Below are positions 38,801 through 47,785 of a DNA stretch of 64,000 nucleotides, one piece after another (position 1 is the first letter of the stretch; each line of letters opens with the position of its first letter). Origin of the DNA: Pseudomonadota bacterium (GTDB lineage: Bacteria > Campylobacterota > Campylobacteria > Campylobacterales > Sulfurimonadaceae); assembly GCA_043797085.1 (NCBI GenBank), contig JAZDQA010000014.1:32001-96000 (forward strand). The letters run 5' to 3'. The position numbers and the translations under genes were made by a program. The notes under the pieces are model-generated. The model saw only the letters and a list, made by a program, of their open reading frames with translations. It did not search any database and was not told the DNA's origin.

Positions 38801-40064
38801 TTCCATTACCTTCATTGAGTAGTTTTTGCACGTGTGCATACGCACTTATTTTTTGATATTTTACTTGGACTAACTCAGATTCTGCATTGTCTACCGTGCT
38901 TTGAGACTCCAATACATCCACATAGGTTGCTAATCCTTGCGCATATCGTCCTCCAATGAGGTGCAATGATTTTGTGGTAGCTTCGATGACACTCTCTTTG
39001 GATTTTATCGACTCATCAGCACGTTTGAAATCACGATACGCGCCATATACTTCTTGCCACAATAGACGCTCAACATTCTCAAACTCTTTTTGGGCTATCG
39101 TATAGGCAATACGGCTTTTTTGTCCTTCTGCTGAGAGCTTACCGCCATCATACAACGGTATCGTTCCCATAACTCCCGCTTGATAGCTGTCATACGCCGA
39201 GAGAGAATTATCATAGCCATATGAGGCTACCAGTGCTACATTTCCGTATTTTTCATTATTTGCCGCATCCGATAAAGCTTTGAGCGCGTCAATAGACAAA
39301 CGTAAAGCTTTTAGCTGAGGATTATTGTCGCGTAATTTTTGTCGCAGAGTTTCCAAAGAGGTATTTTGAAGGGACAGCATTTCGCAACGCTGATCTAAAC
39401 TGGCTTGATTGACAGCTGCAAGCTCATCACTTCCGATCAAAGTCCCCAGTGACAAAGAGGCCTTATCGTAGTCAATCTTGGCTCGCAAGGCACGATCTTG
39501 CGCTTCCAAAAGAGATGCTCTAAAACGCAACTCATCCGCCTCGGTTTTTAATCCGCTTTTACGCATATTGAGCGCCTGCTTGAACTGACCTTCATAAAAT
39601 TTTACCGAAGCCTCTGCCGTATCGATCAATGAAGCTGTAACTGCAACACTATAATACGTATTCCAAACTTTCTCGATGAGTTCATTCTGAGTCAATTTTT
39701 TCATCGAACCTGCACCCTCTTGCGTACGCAAAGCAGAAGTATATCGCTCACGTGAACGTCCAAAATCCCACAACGAATACGATCCGCTAATGTCACCATG
39801 AAAACTATCACTTTGTTTTGTTGCAAATGCTCCATTGGTAGGCATGACAAACGTTTTGGTTGGGAAATAGTTGGCATTTGCGTCGATGCGAGGATACAGC
39901 GCCGAATCAGCACTCTTGGTCGTTTCGATAGCGCTCTCGTATTGCAAAGAAGCAATTTGACCATTTGGGTGTGTTTTTAACGTTTTTTCAATCGCTTCCT
40001 CTAGTGTTAAAGCACTTGCACTCATACTAAGTAGAAAAAAGGAAAAAGTGGTAATGAATCGCAT
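38787..40064 (-). CDS. TolC family outer-membrane protein
   Basis: Signal peptide, LTLEEAIEK, YPRID, IPLYDGG and RYAQGLATYVDVL. Confidence 0.9.
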   Translation of the reverse strand: MRFITTFSFFLLSMSASALTLEEAIEKTLKTHPNGQIASLQYESAIETTKSADSALYPRIDANANYFPTKTFVMPTNGAFATKQSDSFHGDISGSYSLWDFGRSRERYTSALRTQEGAGSMKKLTQNELIEKVWNTYYSVAVTASLIDTAEASVKFYEGQFKQALNMRKSGLKTEADELRFRASLLEAQDRALRAKIDYDKASLSLGTLIGSDELAAVNQASLDQRCEMLSLQNTSLETLRQKLRDNNPQLKALRLSIDALKALSDAANNEKYGNVALVASYGYDNSLSAYDSYQAGVMGTIPLYDGGKLSAEGQKSRIAYTIAQKEFENVERLLWQEVYGAYRDFKRADESIKSKESVIEATTKSLHLIGGRYAQGLATYVDVLESQSTVDNAESELVQVKYQKISAYAHVQKLLNEGNGNDKK

Positions 40065-40118
40065 ACAATCCCTCTCTTGATAATTATCTAAATTATATCA
40101 CAAAATAAAACCCTGTTA

Positions 40119-40132
40119 TTGATCGAAGTCAA
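40119..40132. promoter_or_regulatory. Crp/Fnr-family (Fnr/Dnr/NssR-like) binding box
   Basis: TTGAT-CGAA-GTCAA, one mismatch to TTGAT-N4-ATCAA, between divergent tolC and nnrS. Confidence 0.65.
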
Positions 40133-40184
40133 TCCTTTTAGACTTTCGTAACGTTATACTCCCATACTTTTACAAGGATACACC

Positions 40185-41381
40185 ATGCTAACATTTACAA
40201 CCAAGCCTAAAAACTACTTTTTGTCTCAGCCCCATCAGCCGTTTTTCCTCTTTGGCGTAGTTTGGGCAATTGTCTCAATGGTCATTTTTACCCTTTCTCA
40301 CAAGGGACTCATCACGCTCACTCTTGCTGAAAATTCTTTTCATTTTTACAGCCTTGCCTTTATTGTTTTTGTTCAATTCTTTCATGGCTTTTTATTTACC
40401 ACTTTTCCCCGATTTTGCTCGAGTATGGCAATACCGCAGGACGTTTATCTGCGGATTGTTTGGCTGTATCAAATCGGAGCCGCATTGTTTTTCACAGGAG
40501 CATTACTGTGGAACTTACTTGCATGGATAGGGATATTTATTGTTTTATTTGCCCATTCGATGGCAATTTTTACATTGCATTGGATCTACAAAAATGGTCA
40601 ATCCCCTCTCAAACAAGATCCGTATTGGATACTAATCGCTCACGGTATTGGTATTGCAGCGCACACCGTTTGGTTTATTGCCTACGGTCTTGAACTGTTA
40701 GGAATATCTTTCAATATCGTATCTTACATTGCTCCTATTAGTATCAATCTCTTTTTGATTTTTCTCACCTTTACCGTATCCCAACGAATGATCCCCTTTT
40801 TCAGCCACAGTTCGGAATCTAAATCCAACTACTTTGTCGAAACCGTTTTTGCCCTCTTGATCGTAAAAACTCTCTTAAATATACTCGTCATTCCTCTCGT
40901 AGAAGCCGCAGTCAGTATTTTACTCTCACTGTATTTGTTGCGAGAATTTTTACGATGGAAACTTCCTCTTTTTAAATCACCTGCCATCGTATGGATACTG
41001 TATCTCGCTTTGTTTTGGTTGCCAGTGGGATTATTTTTAGGTGCTTTAGGAGAAATCATCGCGTACTTCACCCATATATCATTGCTCTTTATGGGTATGC
41101 ATCTACTGGTTTTAGGATTTTTAACCACCGTATTGATTGGATTTGGAACACGAGTAACCCTAGGACACTCAGGACAACCACCCCATGCCGACACACTTGC
41201 CATCGCTCTTTTTTGGTGGACTCAGGTTGTTATCCTCTCACGTGCAGCTCTCTCCATCGACAACGCATTTTCAGCGGCACACCCTTGGATCTTTGATCTC
41301 ACCGTAACGGCATGGATCATTCTCTTTTGTGTTTGGGGATGGAAATATGGGAGAATTTTGATCTGGGGAAAACAGCGATAA
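40185..41381 (+). CDS. nnrS: NnrS family membrane protein
   Basis: QPHQPFFL, GFLFTTFP, RMIPFF, H.LVLGF and TRVTLGHSG; polytopic membrane protein. Confidence 0.85.
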   Translation: MLTFTTKPKNYFLSQPHQPFFLFGVVWAIVSMVIFTLSHKGLITLTLAENSFHFYSLAFIVFVQFFHGFLFTTFPRFCSSMAIPQDVYLRIVWLYQIGAALFFTGALLWNLLAWIGIFIVLFAHSMAIFTLHWIYKNGQSPLKQDPYWILIAHGIGIAAHTVWFIAYGLELLGISFNIVSYIAPISINLFLIFLTFTVSQRMIPFFSHSSESKSNYFVETVFALLIVKTLLNILVIPLVEAAVSILLSLYLLREFLRWKLPLFKSPAIVWILYLALFWLPVGLFLGALGEIIAYFTHISLLFMGMHLLVLGFLTTVLIGFGTRVTLGHSGQPPHADTLAIALFWWTQVVILSRAALSIDNAFSAAHPWIFDLTVTAWIILFCVWGWKYGRILIWGKQR

Positions 41382-41549
41382 CCAAGATTCTTATCAATCA
41401 AACTGATCTGGCTACACTTATTAGGACATAGAAATTTAAAGAGTACACACAGCCTAAAATAAGGATATAATATTTCGTAAAAACAATTCTTGAATTTAAT
41501 TCCAAATATGCAACGCTTTTTATGAGTTATAAGAAGAAAAGAGGACACG

Positions 41550-41579
41550 ATGCTGATTGGATATGCTCGTGTAAATTAG
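41550..41579 (+). pseudogene. N-terminal relic of a serine resolvase/invertase
   Basis: GAGG RBS, then ATG CTG ATT GGA TAT GCT CGT GTA AAT TAG = MLIGYARVN*, against the canonical MLIGYARVS. Confidence 0.65.
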
Positions 41580-41613
41580 TATTAATTTTAGCTAAGCAGG
41601 GTGTACTTTATAA

Positions 41614-43548
41614 ATGAAAAGTCTTAAGTCATATCTTATCCATTCTTTTACCAGTCATAAAATCGAACATACCCCCTACTACCTCATTGCGCTACTGGCT
41701 GTTAATATGCTGATTGTGGCAAGTGTATCGATCGGATTACTCTACAATATCGGATTTGAGCGTCAAAAAAGTCAACTAATGGATCTAGTTGAAACGCAAA
41801 GTGTCATGATCAATATTGTTGCACGTCAAGCTAATATGAAGCAAGATGCTCAACTTTCAGATACCGAAATGCACACCGTTGCGGCAAATTTTATCCGACA
41901 ATTCCATAAAGCTTACCCGCTTTACGGAGCGACTGGAAAAAGTGGAGAATTTACGTTGGGTCAACGTAATCATGATTCGATCGGATTTATTCTGAAACAA
42001 CGTTATTTCGATGAAAAAAATCAGATGGATGTTCCCTGGAATTCGACTTTTGCCGAACCGATGCGTCGAGCGCTGAATGGGCGAACGGGAGTCGATATTA
42101 TGTTGGATTATCGAGGTGCAACGGTTCTTGCCGCCTATAAGCCGATTCATGATCTTAGTTGGGGTCTTGTAGCCAAAATAGATCTTGATGAAATTCGGGC
42201 TCCCTATATCAAAGCGACATGCTACGCCTTCTTATTTACTCTTTTTCTAGCCATAATCGGCAGTATCTTTTTTTGGTTTTTTGTCAATCCTCTGGTCCGT
42301 GAGATCGAAGATTCTCGACAATTTAACCGTTTACTTATTTCGAAGTCATCGAGTGGGTTAGTGCTATGTACAAGCGATGGACAAATTATTGATGCAAACC
42401 AAGCATTTCTAAAAATTATTGGACGAACTCTTGAACAAATCTTGACGTTTAATTATCTTGATCTGGTTGCTGAAAAATACATTGAAAAAGAAAAAAAGCA
42501 GCTAATGGGGCTGATTCAAACCGGTTCGCTTGCCACATGCGAAAGCTGTTGTATCAATAGTGCTGGAGAACTGATCCCAATCAGGCTGTCGGGTGAATTG
42601 GTAACGATGAAAAATGCTAATTATATATGGCTAAGCATTGAGGATATAAGTGATTTTAAAAAACGAGAAGCTGAACTGATGCTTTCATCTATTGTTTTTG
42701 AAAATTCACAAGAAGCCATATTTATCACGGATAATAAGAAAAAAATTATTAAAGCCAACCAAGCATTTACAATGGTAACCGGGTATTCTCTGAATGAAGT
42801 ATTAGGACAGACTCCAAGTTTTCTTAAATCTGGGCGTCACGATTCGTTGTTTTACAAAAAGATGTTTGAGGAGATTGCTGCTACGGGCACATGGCATGGT
42901 GAAATATGGAACAAACATAAAAACGGTAAGATTTATCCTTCGTTACAAAGCATTTCCGCTGTGTATGATGAGAATAAAAAATTGATCCGTTATGTTTCTA
43001 TACTTACCGATATCAGCATACAAAAAGCATATGAACAGCAGCTTTATGATCATGCGCATCGTGATACATTAACAGGACTTCCTAATCGTCTCTATTTCGA
43101 ACAAAAATTTGATCAGACACTTCTTCGTGCACAGTATACGCAGCAAAAGTTTGCTTTATTTTTTATCGATCTTAACCAATTTAAAGAGGTTAACGACACG
43201 ATGGGACATGATACAGGTGATTTTTTACTCCAAACCGTTGCTAATTCTTTAAAAGAGGGAATACGATCCGAGGATTTCGTTGCACGGTTAGGAGGAGATG
43301 AGTTTGTCGTGATCCTTGCAACTATTTCCAATAGCAATGAAGCCGTTCGGATTGCTCAGCATCTTATGGAAAAATCACAGCAAATTATTCAAATTGGAGA
43401 GCACACACTACACCCTTCACTTAGTATAGGTATAGCCATGTACCCAGAGCACGGTATTGAAAGATCAGAGTTGTTAAAATGTGCTGATGAAGCTATGTAT
43501 CACGCCAAGCACAATACACAAGAACATTATCATGTATTTTCCACTTAA
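41614..43548 (+). CDS. Membrane-anchored sensor diguanylate cyclase (periplasmic sensor, 2 PAS, GGDEF)
   Basis: Two TMs, PAS repeats, DTLTGLPNR, RSED I-site and RLGGDEF. Confidence 0.92.
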   Translation: MKSLKSYLIHSFTSHKIEHTPYYLIALLAVNMLIVASVSIGLLYNIGFERQKSQLMDLVETQSVMINIVARQANMKQDAQLSDTEMHTVAANFIRQFHKAYPLYGATGKSGEFTLGQRNHDSIGFILKQRYFDEKNQMDVPWNSTFAEPMRRALNGRTGVDIMLDYRGATVLAAYKPIHDLSWGLVAKIDLDEIRAPYIKATCYAFLFTLFLAIIGSIFFWFFVNPLVREIEDSRQFNRLLISKSSSGLVLCTSDGQIIDANQAFLKIIGRTLEQILTFNYLDLVAEKYIEKEKKQLMGLIQTGSLATCESCCINSAGELIPIRLSGELVTMKNANYIWLSIEDISDFKKREAELMLSSIVFENSQEAIFITDNKKKIIKANQAFTMVTGYSLNEVLGQTPSFLKSGRHDSLFYKKMFEEIAATGTWHGEIWNKHKNGKIYPSLQSISAVYDENKKLIRYVSILTDISIQKAYEQQLYDHAHRDTLTGLPNRLYFEQKFDQTLLRAQYTQQKFALFFIDLNQFKEVNDTMGHDTGDFLLQTVANSLKEGIRSEDFVARLGGDEFVVILATISNSNEAVRIAQHLMEKSQQIIQIGEHTLHPSLSIGIAMYPEHGIERSELLKCADEAMYHAKHNTQEHYHVFST

Positions 43549-43588
43549 TGATTCCAAGACTCAAAGGAAAAAGAGATCGGACTAAAAC

Positions 43589-43610
43589 AGAGGCAAATAG
43601 TTCTGCCTCT
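43589..43610. terminator. Probable bidirectional terminator hairpin
   Basis: AGAGGCA-N8-TGCCTCT between the convergent GGDEF gene and arsB. Confidence 0.5.
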
Positions 43611-43616
43611 AAAGCT

Positions 43617-44870
43617 TTATAATAATCCTAATAATGCAATAAGTAAAACTGGCGGAGTAATAACCAGCCCTACTTTCATATACTCGCCCCATCCGATCTT
43701 GACCCCTTTTTGTGCCAAAACATGAAGCCATAGCAACGTTGCGAGCGATCCGATTGGGGTCATTTTAGGTCCGAGGTTACATCCGATAATGTTGGCATAG
43801 GCTAAAGCATTATTTCCTGCCTCTGCAATGGCAATATCCATAATCATGATGGTGGGCATATTGTTCATTATTGAGCTTAAGATTGCGGATAAGAAGCCTG
43901 TTCCGATTACGGCATAGACATTTCCCATACTTTGTAACTCTATAATCAATCCAGCAAGATAGGTTGTTAATCCGCCGTTTTTCAGACCATAAACAACGAC
44001 ATAAAGTCCGATGCTAAACCACACCACCTGCCACGGGGCGGCTTTGATGGTCATAATGGGTTTTGTTGCTTTAAAGTACGTTGCAATAGCCAAAAAGACC
44101 AATGCACCGCCCAAAGCAAATACCGAGATCGGAAGATGGTACGCATCACCGATAAAATAACCTATCATCAAGAGACTCAAAAACCACCAGCTGAGGCGGA
44201 ACATCGTCATGTTTTTAATCGCTGACTCAGGAGATGCCAGTTGCGTAATGTCGATGTGGGTTGGAATGTCTTTGCGAAAATAAATCCATAATACGGCAAT
44301 CGACGCGAGTATACTGAGAAGATTGGGAAGAAACATCGTTTTGGCATATTCCCAAAATCCAATGTGAAAATAACCCGCTGTTACGATGTTGGTGAGATTT
44401 GAGATTACGAGCGGGTTGGAAGCGCTGTCCCCGATAAATCCGCCCGCCATCAAAAAGGCGAACATGGCGAGAGGGTTCATCTTTAGATATTTCATTTTAG
44501 CGAGGACAATCGGAGTGAGGATCAATGCCGCACCGTCGTTGGCAAAAAATGCGGATACCAATGCTCCAAGAATCAAGATATAAACAAACATCAAGTGACC
44601 GTTACCGCCAGAGAGACGCGCCATTTTTAGTGCCGCCCACTCAAAAAATCCGATTTCATCCAGCACCATGGAGAGAAGGATTATCCCGATAAACGCCAGT
44701 GTCGCATCCCACACGATGGAAGTCACTGTCCATACATCCGTAAGGCTCACGACTCCGAGGATCACAGCAGCAACAGCACCGACTACCGCCGTTGTGCCTA
44801 TCTGCAAACCACGCGGCTGCCAAATGACGAAAATCAGTGTTACTAAAAAAATTGCACTAGCTATTATCAT
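43617..44870 (-). CDS. arsB: Arsenite efflux pump ArsB
   Basis: VIWQPRGL, FFANDGAALILTPIV, SNLTNIV and NLGPKMTPIGSLATLLW. Confidence 0.95.
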   Translation of the reverse strand: MIIASAIFLVTLIFVIWQPRGLQIGTTAVVGAVAAVILGVVSLTDVWTVTSIVWDATLAFIGIILLSMVLDEIGFFEWAALKMARLSGGNGHLMFVYILILGALVSAFFANDGAALILTPIVLAKMKYLKMNPLAMFAFLMAGGFIGDSASNPLVISNLTNIVTAGYFHIGFWEYAKTMFLPNLLSILASIAVLWIYFRKDIPTHIDITQLASPESAIKNMTMFRLSWWFLSLLMIGYFIGDAYHLPISVFALGGALVFLAIATYFKATKPIMTIKAAPWQVVWFSIGLYVVVYGLKNGGLTTYLAGLIIELQSMGNVYAVIGTGFLSAILSSIMNNMPTIMIMDIAIAEAGNNALAYANIIGCNLGPKMTPIGSLATLLWLHVLAQKGVKIGWGEYMKVGLVITPPVLLIALLGLL

Positions 44871-45304
44871 AAAATATTCTCTTCGGCTGGATTAGCAATA
44901 AATGCTTTTACTTTTGATTCGATTGTATCACGAACAGCGCGAACTTGTTCCATAATTTCATCATCAGACCCAACAAAGGTTGAGGGATCGGGGAAACTCC
45001 ACATTATGATTCGGCTGATGCCGGGGAAAATCGGGCAACGCTGTGCCGCTTGGGCATCACAAACGGTAATCACGTGACTGTAGGTTCTACCTTCTTTATA
45101 AAGGTTAAATACCCCTTTGGTCTGATTTTCAGAAAAATCGAACCCTTTTTCCGCCATCGCTCGGACAACATAAGGGTTCATATTACCCGGTTCGATCCCG
45201 GCACTTTCGGCACAATCACTGCCTTGCGCGCAGTGGTTGAAAAACGCTTCCGCCATCTGGCTACGGGCACTGTTATGGACACAAACGAATAATACTTTCA
45301 ACAT
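44867..45304 (-). CDS. arsC: Arsenate reductase (LMW-PTP/thioredoxin type)
   Basis: CVHNSARSQMAE P-loop, ITVCD...CP and FPDP. Confidence 0.9.
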   Translation of the reverse strand: MLKVLFVCVHNSARSQMAEAFFNHCAQGSDCAESAGIEPGNMNPYVVRAMAEKGFDFSENQTKGVFNLYKEGRTYSHVITVCDAQAAQRCPIFPGISRIIMWSFPDPSTFVGSDDEIMEQVRAVRDTIESKVKAFIANPAEENIL

Positions 45305-45362
45305 GAGATCCCCTTTGGTTGTTTGGATAACAACACTATAGCGAAAAAGATTCGATTAAATC

Positions 45363-45380
45363 AATATATCTTGATATATT
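45363..45380. promoter_or_regulatory. Putative ArsR operator
   Basis: Perfect palindrome AATATATC-tt-GATATATT between divergent arsC and arsR. Confidence 0.6.
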
Positions 45381-45420
45381 ATTTCATTTGTGTTACAATG
45401 CCGATAATCAGAGGTGATCA

Positions 45421-45744
45421 ATGGAAATCTTTTTAGAAACAGTATCCGCACTAAACGATGAAACTCGCGTAAAGTTGCTCGCATTTTTAGATCAACACGG
45501 TCCGCTGTGTGTATGCGATTTGCAATCTTCACTCGGTATGATTCAATCACGTCTTTCACGTCACCTAAAAATCCTCAAAGATGGGGGATTTTTACGGGTG
45601 GATCGGTGCGGTACGTGGGCGTATTATTCCATACGTTCCCCACTGGATCGTTTCCGTAGTGAAGCACTGGCTGAAATCCGTTGTTTGGGAATCGAACTTC
45701 CCCCACTTATAAAAATATCAGAAAATGGAGACTGTAAATTATGA
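45421..45744 (+). CDS. arsR: ArsR/SmtB transcriptional repressor
   Basis: LCVCDL As-binding box and QSRLSRHLKILK. Confidence 0.92.
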   Translation: MEIFLETVSALNDETRVKLLAFLDQHGPLCVCDLQSSLGMIQSRLSRHLKILKDGGFLRVDRCGTWAYYSIRSPLDRFRSEALAEIRCLGIELPPLIKISENGDCKL

Positions 45745-46145
45745 AAAATGTTCTTATCCTCTGCACCGGCAACAGCTGCCGCTCTATCATGGGAGAAGCC
45801 CTCATCAATGCCAAAATGGGAGATTGTGTATTTGCACAAAGCTCAGGGGTAAAAGCCAGCGGTAAAGTAAACCCACATGCGCAAGCGCTTCTCGAAGAAA
45901 AGGGATACTGGAGAGAGGCATACCACTCTAAAGTGATCGATACCGTTATCGACACTCCGTTTGATCTCGTCGTCACCGTCTGTGACCATGCCCATGAAAC
46001 CTGCCCAATGTTTCCAAAAGCGGTAAAAACGATCCATGTCAGTTTCGAAGACCCAAGCGGTAAAGAAGTCGAAGAATATGCTAAAACTTTGGATTTAATC
46101 GAGGCAACTCTTCTTCCTATCATCCAATCCGAGTTGTGTGACTGA
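45741..46145 (+). CDS. arsC: Second arsenate reductase (LMW-PTP type)
   Basis: LCTGNSCRS, VTVCD...CP and FEDP. Confidence 0.9.
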   Translation: MKNVLILCTGNSCRSIMGEALINAKMGDCVFAQSSGVKASGKVNPHAQALLEEKGYWREAYHSKVIDTVIDTPFDLVVTVCDHAHETCPMFPKAVKTIHVSFEDPSGKEVEEYAKTLDLIEATLLPIIQSELCD

Positions 46146-46147
46146 TT

Positions 46148-47098
46148 ATGTGGCAAGAGAGCGTCAATTTCCTCGTGTATGAATGGCTTCAACTGCCGCG
46201 AGAGGAGAAGCTCTCTGACGCTCTCAACTTTTTTATCTACGATACGGTCAAAATCCTCTTTTTACTCATTGTTATTATTTTTATCGTAACCTTACTCCGG
46301 TCTTATTTCTCGACCGAAAAAGTACGGGAGTACCTCAGTAAAAGACATGAATATACGGGGAATGTCCTTGCGGCATTGTTCGGGATTATCACCCCGTTTT
46401 GTTCGTGTTCGGCGATTCCCCTCTTTTTGGGCTTTTTGCAAGCACGCATACCGCTTGGGGTGACGTTTAGCTTTCTCATCTCCGCTCCGCTGAACAACGA
46501 AATCGCCATCGCGATGCTCTTTGGGATATTTGGCTGGAAAGTGACGGCGTTGTATATCGGGTTTGGTCTTCTTGTCGCTATTGTCGGTGGTATCATTATC
46601 GGGAGGCTTGGATTAGAGAAAGAGGTTCTCATCGAGGTCAAACCGATTGAGGGAGAAATCCACGCTGAAAATCAGGTTATCCCTTTTAAAATACGTCTGA
46701 TCGATGCAAAAGAATACACGTTGGATATTCTTCGTAAAATCTGGCTCTATGTTTTGATCGGTGTCGGCGTAGGAGCGTTTATCCACGGATACGTCCCGAC
46801 CGAATTTATCACCTCTATCGCCGGGGCGGATAACCCGTTTGCCGTACCACTGGCAACATTGATAGGAATTCCGATGTATTCTAACGCCGCAGGAGTAATG
46901 CCGCTCATCGAAGTGCTCACCTCCAAAGGGATGCTTTTGGGGACGGCATTATCGTTTATGATGGCGATCACCGCCCTCTCCCTCCCCGAAGCGATGATCC
47001 TCAAGCGTGTGATGAGCCTCAAACTCATCGCCATCTTTTTCGGTACGGTGACGCTGGGGATAATCGGTGTCGGATATTTATTTAACACAATCTTATAG
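46148..47098 (+). CDS. ArsP/DUF318 permease
   Basis: TPFCSCS, FLISAP, GIPMYSN and LSLPE. Confidence 0.88.
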   Translation: MWQESVNFLVYEWLQLPREEKLSDALNFFIYDTVKILFLLIVIIFIVTLLRSYFSTEKVREYLSKRHEYTGNVLAALFGIITPFCSCSAIPLFLGFLQARIPLGVTFSFLISAPLNNEIAIAMLFGIFGWKVTALYIGFGLLVAIVGGIIIGRLGLEKEVLIEVKPIEGEIHAENQVIPFKIRLIDAKEYTLDILRKIWLYVLIGVGVGAFIHGYVPTEFITSIAGADNPFAVPLATLIGIPMYSNAAGVMPLIEVLTSKGMLLGTALSFMMAITALSLPEAMILKRVMSLKLIAIFFGTVTLGIIGVGYLFNTIL

Positions 47099-47106
47099 GA
47101 GATACT

Positions 47107-47367
47107 ATGAAAATCGAAATTAGTAATCAAAAAAATGGTGTAAAAGCTTTTCTTTCAGGCTTTAGCACTGAAGAGTTAAGTGCTAAAATAGAGGCATGTA
47201 AAACTGGAGAATGTTCATGTAACTGTGATCCTGCAATGATGCTAAAGATCGAATCAATTGATCTCGAAAGTGTCGATGGAGGATCAACGATCACCATTAC
47301 CGGAGATGTGGATGCCCAAACACTCGCACCGATGATGCAAGAGTGTCTTTTAGGAGAAAAACAATGA
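47107..47367 (+). CDS. Small Cys-rich protein in ars operon
   Basis: 86 aa with CKTGECSCNC; AGGAG RBS; ATGA overlap with the next gene. Confidence 0.7.
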   Translation: MKIEISNQKNGVKAFLSGFSTEELSAKIEACKTGECSCNCDPAMMLKIESIDLESVDGGSTITITGDVDAQTLAPMMQECLLGEKQ

Positions 47368-47600
47368 AAATCGAAATTTTAGGGACGGGTTGTACTAAAT
47401 GCAAAGCCCTCGAAGAGGCAACCAAACAAGCGGTAGCGCAAAGCGGCAAATTTGCCCAGATCGAAAAGGTCGAAGATATTATGAAGATCATGGAATATGG
47501 TGTCATGAGTACTCCCGGACTCGTGATCGACGGTAAGGTTGTTAGTACCGGAAAACTTCTCAGTGTTACTGAGATCGTCAATCTGATCAAAGAGTCCTAA
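47364..47600 (+). CDS. Small redox-active disulfide (thioredoxin-like) protein
   Basis: MKIEILGTGCTKC and YGVMSTPGLVIDG. Start re-assigned to 47364. Confidence 0.88.
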   Translation: MKIEILGTGCTKCKALEEATKQAVAQSGKFAQIEKVEDIMKIMEYGVMSTPGLVIDGKVVSTGKLLSVTEIVNLIKES

Positions 47601-47785
47601 ATTTTATTTATAATCTTGCTTGAATACTTTCTCTACGATGAAAGTTTCGGCAACTACCTTTTGCCACATGATGAATATGTCAAAATTTCTAAAAAAAGAA
47701 ACTAATATTTATTTTAGATATGATATATCCATTATTTTGTAACAAAGTAGTCAATATATTGTAGTTTAGAAATAGGAGAGAGAGT

